32,000 bases of DNA from Sinorhizobium meliloti (GTDB taxonomy: Bacteria; Pseudomonadota; Alphaproteobacteria; Rhizobiales; Rhizobiaceae), in NCBI RefSeq assembly GCF_017876815.1, contig NZ_JAGIOS010000003.1:150001-182000 (forward strand). The letters are read 5' to 3'. Positions 26,917-32,000 of this stretch are shown piece after piece. The stretch's first letter is position 1. The number at the start of each line of letters is the position of its first letter. Both the position numbers and the translations under genes were made by a program. A model generated the notes under the pieces. The model did no database searches, had not been told where the DNA came from, and worked only from the letters and a program-made list of their open reading frames with translations.

Positions 26917-27816
26917 ATGGGCTTCTGGCATTCCATGTCTTGGAAAACCGAAGGCATTCGGGTCACAGCGCCAGTCCAATGGCGCCAATACGATGGGATG
27001 GTCAGCGTCCTGTGGGAGGCGGAAAGTCAAGCCGGTGCCAGTGGCTATTATCTCGCCGACGATCCGCGCATCATGTTTTTCTTCAACGACGTCTCGTCGA
27101 GCGTTCGCATTTCGAACCAGGACAATGATCTAGCGAGGAATTCGCGCCCCATGGCGCGTGCCGTGTATGTTCCTGCTGGTGTCCCGTTGTGGACGGGCAG
27201 TCGGAAGACGCATAGCTTCAGCCACCTTAACCTGCACCTTCATAAGGATCGGGTGTTGCGGTTTCTGGCTCCATCGGTCGGGAACTCCGCAGCGCAAACG
27301 GCATTACGCTGTCCAGTGGAGCTCCAAAACGTGGCGGCAATCGATGCGTTGGCGAAGTTGTTGGCCGACGAAATAAAGAGCCCTACCAAGCATGCAGTCT
27401 ATGCAGAGAGCCTTATAGGCAGCATCATCGCGGGGCTTCTGGATATTCCTACCGAGAGGGAGGAAAGGGCCGGCGGCAGGTTGACACAGGCACAGATAAA
27501 CAAACTCGTCTCGCATATTGACGCGCTTGGTGATTATCGTATGTCTGTCGCCGATATGGCTGCCGTCGTTGGCCTGTCCGAAAGCTGGTTTGCAAGCGTT
27601 TTCAAGCAAACAATGGGCATCACACCCCTGCAATGGCAACTCGCGAAGCGAGTCGAGCTTACGAAAAAGCTGCTCGGCGAAAGCGACCTCCCAGTTGCCA
27701 GCATCGCCGCGCAGCTCGGCTTTGCCGATCAGGCACACCTGACGAAGGTCTTCCGCCGGATCGTTGGCGAAACTCCCGCGGCTTGGCGGCGGATGCGGCA
27801 ATTCCGGCAATCGTAG
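26917..27816 (+). CDS. AraC-family transcriptional regulator (siderophore-locus type)
   Basis: 299 aa. C-terminal double HTH ...MSVADMAAVVGLSESWFASVFKQTMGITPLQW...ASIAAQLGFADQAHLTKVFRRIVGETPAAWRR. Confidence 0.92.
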   Translation: MGFWHSMSWKTEGIRVTAPVQWRQYDGMVSVLWEAESQAGASGYYLADDPRIMFFFNDVSSSVRISNQDNDLARNSRPMARAVYVPAGVPLWTGSRKTHSFSHLNLHLHKDRVLRFLAPSVGNSAAQTALRCPVELQNVAAIDALAKLLADEIKSPTKHAVYAESLIGSIIAGLLDIPTEREERAGGRLTQAQINKLVSHIDALGDYRMSVADMAAVVGLSESWFASVFKQTMGITPLQWQLAKRVELTKKLLGESDLPVASIAAQLGFADQAHLTKVFRRIVGETPAAWRRMRQFRQS

Positions 27817-27855
27817 AGATCCCACCGCGGCGAGTCGTGGGCGGGCTGACTTGCC

Positions 27856-30003
27856 TTACCAACTCTGGCGCAGGGTCGCGAGAATGCTGCGCCCGGGATT
27901 GTAGTAGACCGCCCCGGAGTCCTTGCTCGCGACGTGTTTCTCGTCGAACAAATTGTTGACGTTCAGCTGGAACGTCGTGTTTTCCTGAATCTTGTAGGTG
28001 AAGGCTGCGTCGAAGACGACTGCACTCTCCGACGATGTGGTGTTAGTGATGCTGGTGTAATAGGCGTCCGTGTAGCGAGCCCCGAGCCCGAACAACATGT
28101 CGCCCCGCGCGCCGTCGCCCTCCAACGTGTAAGTGCCCCACACCGAGGCCATATTCTTGGGAACACGCATCAGGCGGTTGCCATCATTTGCGCCGCCAGG
28201 TTCTTCGATCTTGGAATCGATGTAGCTGTAGGCGGCAATCACGCTGATATTGTTGGTTACTTCCGCCTTGGCTTCGAGTTCGAAACCACGATGTCTGACC
28301 TTTTCGACGGTTTGCGGCAGATAGGTGACCTGATCAAAAACGGTAATGTTGCCCTTCGTCAGGTCGTAGACGGACGCAGTGAACATGGCCGGAAAGGCAT
28401 CCGGACGATATTTGATCCCGACTTCATACTGCTTACCCGTCGTAGGATCGCTACCTGCGGCAGGTGGCGCGGCCGACTCGGCGTAGCTGATGTAGGGCGC
28501 CAGTTCCTCGGTAACCTTGTAGCTCGCGCCGATCCGCGTCGTAAATTCCCTGTGGTTGCCAGCCCGCCTGGTGCCTGCAAGGAGATTTGTCTCGCTAAGA
28601 TCAAGCCAATCATTGCGCAAGCCAAAGCTCACGGTGAGCTTATCGAAGAAGGTCAAGTCCTGCTGCAGATAAATGGCATTGGTCTGCTGGTCGTTGTTCG
28701 TGCTGGCATAAGGCGCCATCGCGCCCGGCCCGCCTGAATAGATCGGGTCTTCCCAATCGATTGAAGGCGCAGGCGCGTAAAAGTTGGCACTGTCCGACTC
28801 GTATTTGTTGTAGTCGGCACCGAAAAGTGTTCGACTTTCCACATTGTCGAGACTTGCTTCGTAAACCAGGTGCGCATCGATGACGAATTGTTCGGTCGAT
28901 TTCTCGTTTCCGAAGAAATAGCGACCCGCCACGGTCGAGCCATCGGTTGGTGTGCTCCCGATATAGGCACTGCCGAACCCGTCGTTCAGGTTGCTGTAGC
29001 GGGCGTTGGAACTGAAACTCAAGCCGTTGCCGAAATCGTGGTCGAAAAGGACGCTGTAGCTATTGCGGTTCGTCTCGCTGAAGTAATAGTCCGGTTCCCC
29101 AAAAAACTGATCCCTGTCGAAATCAGTCCCGAGCGGGTGGCCACCGCTACCGGGAACTCCGTCCTTGTCGAGGTGGTCGAAGATAAATGTCAGACTCGTC
29201 GCGTCAGTGGGGCGCCACGTCACGCCGCCCATGACGAAGTTCTCGTCATCCTGAGAATAATTATATTCCGCATCCGAGCGCTGAAACTTGCCGGTCAAAC
29301 GGTACGATAGGGTTTCGTCCGCTGTGAGGTTGTCACCGAAATCAAATCCCAGTTCCTTATGTGAAAACGAGCCGCCAGTGCCATAGACTTCACCGAAACG
29401 ATCGCTCTTCGGTGTTTTCGTGACATAGTTTACCGATCCACCGGGTTCCGCCGCTCCAAAGCTTGAGGAGCTGGCGCCCTTCAACACCTCAATGCGCTCG
29501 AAAGCATAGGGCTCTTCCCTGACCCCTGCAAAGGTCCTGCCGATCGCCAAGCCGTCGCGATACGTATACGGAGTAAAGCCGCGAATATCGAAGTAGTCAT
29601 AACGGTCGTCCGAACCATAAAAGTCGGTCACCACCCCTGCCGTGTATTGTACGACTTGCTCGATTGTGTCGGCGGCGCGTTCCTCGATTTCTTTGGAGGT
29701 GATGACGGAAACCGAGGCAGGGGCTATCAGGATATCGGTCGGCATCTTGCCGGCGCCGGTCGTTTCTGTGGCGATGATCGACTTTGAATCTTCATCCGTA
29801 TTGAGAAAGCTTCCGCCGCCAGCGCCGTGCGCCACAATCGTCTCCAGCACCGTTGTGTCGCCTTCAGGGACTGCGTCCTGTGCAAACGAGAGAGCAGGCG
29901 TTAAAGCAAAAAATGCTGTGCAGCCCAACAGAAATGCATTTCGTGAACGAAGCGGCAATCTCGTTGGCCAGGGGCCGGTCTGATCGATGTCCATGTTCAT
30001 GTT
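27856..30003 (-). CDS. TonB-dependent siderophore receptor (FhuA/FhuE-like)
   Basis: Signal ...ALSFA/QD. TonB-box/plug region TTVLETIVAH...VSVITSKEIE. Beta-barrel repeats. Terminal aromatic residue ...LRQSW. The start is ambiguous (ATG 30003 or 29997; the ORF is open to 30036). Confidence 0.95.
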   Translation of the reverse strand, partial: NMNMDIDQTGPWPTRLPLRSRNAFLLGCTAFFALTPALSFAQDAVPEGDTTVLETIVAHGAGGGSFLNTDEDSKSIIATETTGAGKMPTDILIAPASVSVITSKEIEERAADTIEQVVQYTAGVVTDFYGSDDRYDYFDIRGFTPYTYRDGLAIGRTFAGVREEPYAFERIEVLKGASSSSFGAAEPGGSVNYVTKTPKSDRFGEVYGTGGSFSHKELGFDFGDNLTADETLSYRLTGKFQRSDAEYNYSQDDENFVMGGVTWRPTDATSLTFIFDHLDKDGVPGSGGHPLGTDFDRDQFFGEPDYYFSETNRNSYSVLFDHDFGNGLSFSSNARYSNLNDGFGSAYIGSTPTDGSTVAGRYFFGNEKSTEQFVIDAHLVYEASLDNVESRTLFGADYNKYESDSANFYAPAPSIDWEDPIYSGGPGAMAPYASTNNDQQTNAIYLQQDLTFFDKLTVSFGLRNDWLDLSETNLLAGTRRAGNHREFTTRIGASYKVTEELAPYISYAESAAPPAAGSDPTTGKQYEVGIKYRPDAFPAMFTASVYDLTKGNITVFDQVTYLPQTVEKVRHRGFELEAKAEVTNNISVIAAYSYIDSKIEEPGGANDGNRLMRVPKNMASVWGTYTLEGDGARGDMLFGLGARYTDAYYTSITNTTSSESAVVFDAAFTYKIQENTTFQLNVNNLFDEKHVASKDSGAVYYNPGRSILATLRQSW

Positions 30004-30085
30004 CCAATTGACGTAAGTGCTGAAAGCGGGCCTCAAACCCCTTTGAGGTCGCCGAACTGCATCGCGTCTGGCCGTCCGCTAAGCA

Positions 30086-30100
30086 TGAAAGCTTCGCTCA
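30086..30100. promoter_or_regulatory. IRO-like box TGAaagcttcgcTCA(AC) on the receptor side of the divergent region
   Basis: TGA-N9-TCA followed by AC, as in the other two boxes. About 85 nt upstream of the receptor start. Confidence 0.35.
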
Positions 30101-30257
30101 ACCGACCCCGGCTTGAAGTCGTTGTCCCACGAACCGCTATTAACTGGAGCCGTTTTGTCTAGTATTGTATGTTTCCCCGGTTTTGTACGATTCGCCGGAA
30201 ATCTCCACGCACTTTCTGGATATCGGCTGCTTTGCCGTTGACGCCGTTTAATTAAGC

Positions 30258-30277
30258 TGAGAATGGGGGTCAACTTA
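30258..30277. promoter_or_regulatory. IRO-like box TGAGAATgggggTCAACTTA upstream of the siderophore SBP/permease operon
   Basis: Fits TGA-N9-TCA. 15/20 identical to 26803-26822. Ends 21 nt before the ATG at 30299. Confidence 0.5.
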
Positions 30278-30298
30278 AACGTTGAATGGAGTGTGGCG

Positions 30299-31294
30299 AT
30301 GAGGCTGTTTCGTTTCGCCGTACTGGCAGTCATAGCCCTTCATTGGGCAGACCGGCACGGCACTGTGTTCGCTGCCGAGAGTACTTCGTATCCCATCACC
30401 ATCAAGCATGCCTTCGGCAACACCATCATCGCAAAGAAGCCGGAGCGTGTTGCAACTGTCGCCTGGGCGAACCATGAAGTGCCGCTGGCTCTTGGCATCG
30501 TTCCGGTTGGAATGGCGCGCGCGAACTTCGGCGACGACGACGATGACGGCATTCTGCCATGGGTCGACGCACGGCTCGGTGAACTCAAGGCTGAAAAGCC
30601 GATGCTTTTCGACGAGGGCGATGGTATCGATTTCGAGGCGGTCGCCGCCACGCGACCGGACGTCATCCTTGCGGCCTATTCGGGCCTCAGCCAGGCCGAC
30701 TATGACACGTTGAGTGATATTGCACCTGTCATCGCCTATCCGCAGGCTCCCTGGTCGACCGACTGGCGCGAGACGATCCGGTTGAACAGCGCCGGCCTCG
30801 GGATGGCCGCGGAAGGGGAAGGGCTTATAGCCAGCATCGAGGCTGAGATCGACCTTGCGCTTGATGGACATCCCGAACTCAAGGGCAAATCGGCGATGTT
30901 CATTACCCATCTCAGCTCATGGGACCTCAGCGTCGTCAATTTCTACACGACGAACGATACGCGCGTCAGGTTTTTCGGCGATCTCGGGCTTATGTCGCCG
31001 AAAAGCGTGGTGCAGGCGTCACAAGCCGGAAGGTTCTCAGGTTCCGTCAGCGCCGAGCAGATCGATGCTTTCGACGATGTCGATATTCTCGTTACTTACG
31101 GAGACGGGATGCTTTTCGACGCTTTGAAAGCCAACGCGCTGATGATGCATATGCCCGCCGTCGCTCGAGAATCAATTGTCATGCTAGGCAACAACGCGGT
31201 CGGTAATGCCGCAAATCCCACGCCACTGTCCATCAGATGGGTCCTGAAGGACTACGTGAAGCTGCTCAGCGAGGCAGCCAAGAAGTCGCAATGA
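30299..31294 (+). CDS. iron-siderophore ABC transporter substrate-binding protein (FhuD/FatB-like)
   Basis: Start preferred at MRLFRFAVLAVIAL (signal peptide). Then ...ITIKHAFGNTIIAKKPERVATVAWANHEVPLALGIVPVGM...RPDVILAAYSGL... is typical of cluster-A siderophore SBPs. Confidence 0.92.
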   Translation: MRLFRFAVLAVIALHWADRHGTVFAAESTSYPITIKHAFGNTIIAKKPERVATVAWANHEVPLALGIVPVGMARANFGDDDDDGILPWVDARLGELKAEKPMLFDEGDGIDFEAVAATRPDVILAAYSGLSQADYDTLSDIAPVIAYPQAPWSTDWRETIRLNSAGLGMAAEGEGLIASIEAEIDLALDGHPELKGKSAMFITHLSSWDLSVVNFYTTNDTRVRFFGDLGLMSPKSVVQASQAGRFSGSVSAEQIDAFDDVDILVTYGDGMLFDALKANALMMHMPAVARESIVMLGNNAVGNAANPTPLSIRWVLKDYVKLLSEAAKKSQ

Positions 31295-32000
31295 CCGCCG
31301 GGATTATCAAGACATCGGACGGGCGTTGGTCGCCCGTGTCCCGTTCCAACAGAATGCGAAGTCTTTGGCTTGCAGCGCTTTTCGCGCTCGTGATCGTCTT
31401 GCTTGCCGCCTCCGTTACGGTCGGCACGCGCAATGTCGGGTGGGACGATGTCGCCGCGGCAATGGGCGGTGCACAGAATAACATCGATCGCGCGTCGGTT
31501 GCTTTGCGCATTCCGCGGACCGTGTTGGCCCTGCTTGCCGGGGGCGCTCTCGGCTTGGCCGGAGCGATCATGCAAGGCGTGACACGCAATCCGCTTGCGG
31601 ATCCCGGCATTCTCGGCGTCAACATGGGGGCATCTCTCGCGGTCGTCGTCGGCGTCGCCTGGTTCGGGATGTCGTCGTTATATGCGTACATCTGGGTGGC
31701 GATCCTGGGTGCCGGATGCGCCGCGATCTTCGTCTACGCCATAGGTTCGCTGGGCAGAGGCGGCGCGACCCCTCTGAAAATGGCGCTCGCAGGGGCGGCA
31801 ACGTCGGTCGCATTTGCGTCCATGGTTATCGCCGTCGTGCTGCCGCGTGGCGATATTGCAGGCGGTATTCATTCCTGGCAGATCGGTGGTGTTGGCGGCG
31901 CGACTTACGAGCGGATCCTTCCCGTATTGCCGTTTCTGCTTGTAGGATTCGTGATCAGCCTGTTGTCGGCCAGAAAACTCAACTCTCTTGCACTCGGTGA
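31291..32000 (+). CDS. FecCD-family iron-siderophore ABC permease (partial; runs off the window)
   Basis: Hand-translated; no stop in the window, so absent from the ORF track. Its ATG overlaps the SBP TGA (ATGA at 31291-31294). ...LRIPRTVLALLAGGALGLAGAIMQGVTRNPLADPGILGVN... is the FecCD signature. Confidence 0.9.
   Translation, partial: MTAGIIKTSDGRWSPVSRSNRMRSLWLAALFALVIVLLAASVTVGTRNVGWDDVAAAMGGAQNNIDRASVALRIPRTVLALLAGGALGLAGAIMQGVTRNPLADPGILGVNMGASLAVVVGVAWFGMSSLYAYIWVAILGAGCAAIFVYAIGSLGRGGATPLKMALAGAATSVAFASMVIAVVLPRGDIAGGIHSWQIGGVGGATYERILPVLPFLLVGFVISLLSARKLNSLALG

Noticed and set aside
27934-28737. 267-aa plus-strand ORF opposite the TonB-dependent receptor (also 28870-29310 and 29642-29983)
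   Set aside because: Antisense shadows of the receptor gene.
1-32000. Looked for CRISPR arrays, tRNA/rRNA genes, tandem repeats and reverse-transcriptase/retron-like or known defence-gene signatures
   Set aside because: I saw no regularly spaced direct repeats, no cloverleaf-compatible or rRNA-like segments, and no RT, Cas, restriction-modification or similar translations in any frame. The absence is by eye only. tRNAscan, Infernal, and DefenseFinder or PADLOC should be run to confirm.

Overview
High-GC alpha-proteobacterial DNA with gene content and IS types typical of a Rhizobiaceae (Sinorhizobium/Ensifer-like) accessory replicon. This attribution is an inference and was not searched. The window has three parts.
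(1) 1-6.7 kb: a Kup K+ transporter, several small orphan genes, a Tat-exported cupin and a DNA-ligase fragment.
(2) 6.7-20.6 kb: a decay and insertion hot spot. It holds a frameshifted SAM / class III cyclase / P-loop / TPR giant gene, and three different IS elements packed side by side: IS5-family, a 1298-bp IS256-family element with a perfect 30-bp IR and 8-bp TSD, and IS630-family with an A7 slippery site. It also holds a LysR plus PACE-efflux pair, an IS701-family element abutting the PACE stop codon, truncated SDR and nucleotidyltransferase-like remnants, and a DUF900 lipoprotein hydrolase.
(3) 20.6-32 kb: a PotABCD-type ABC importer whose binding protein has a remodelled N-terminus, an orphan 459-aa protein with possible distant FabV/TER resemblance, and a siderophore-uptake locus (AraC regulator, TonB-dependent receptor, FhuD-like SBP, FecCD permease).
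I saw no rRNA, tRNA or CRISPR array, and no obvious complete novel multi-gene system.
The observations most worth follow-up:
- a shared TGA-N9-TCAAC operator-like motif at all three siderophore-locus promoters
- a passenger ORF inside the IS5-family element
- a translationally coupled small-ORF triad that includes an unannotated 40-aa membrane peptide
- the FabV-like orphan
- the disrupted SAM-cyclase-NTPase-TPR gene
All family assignments come from reading the translations and from motif recall, not from database searches.
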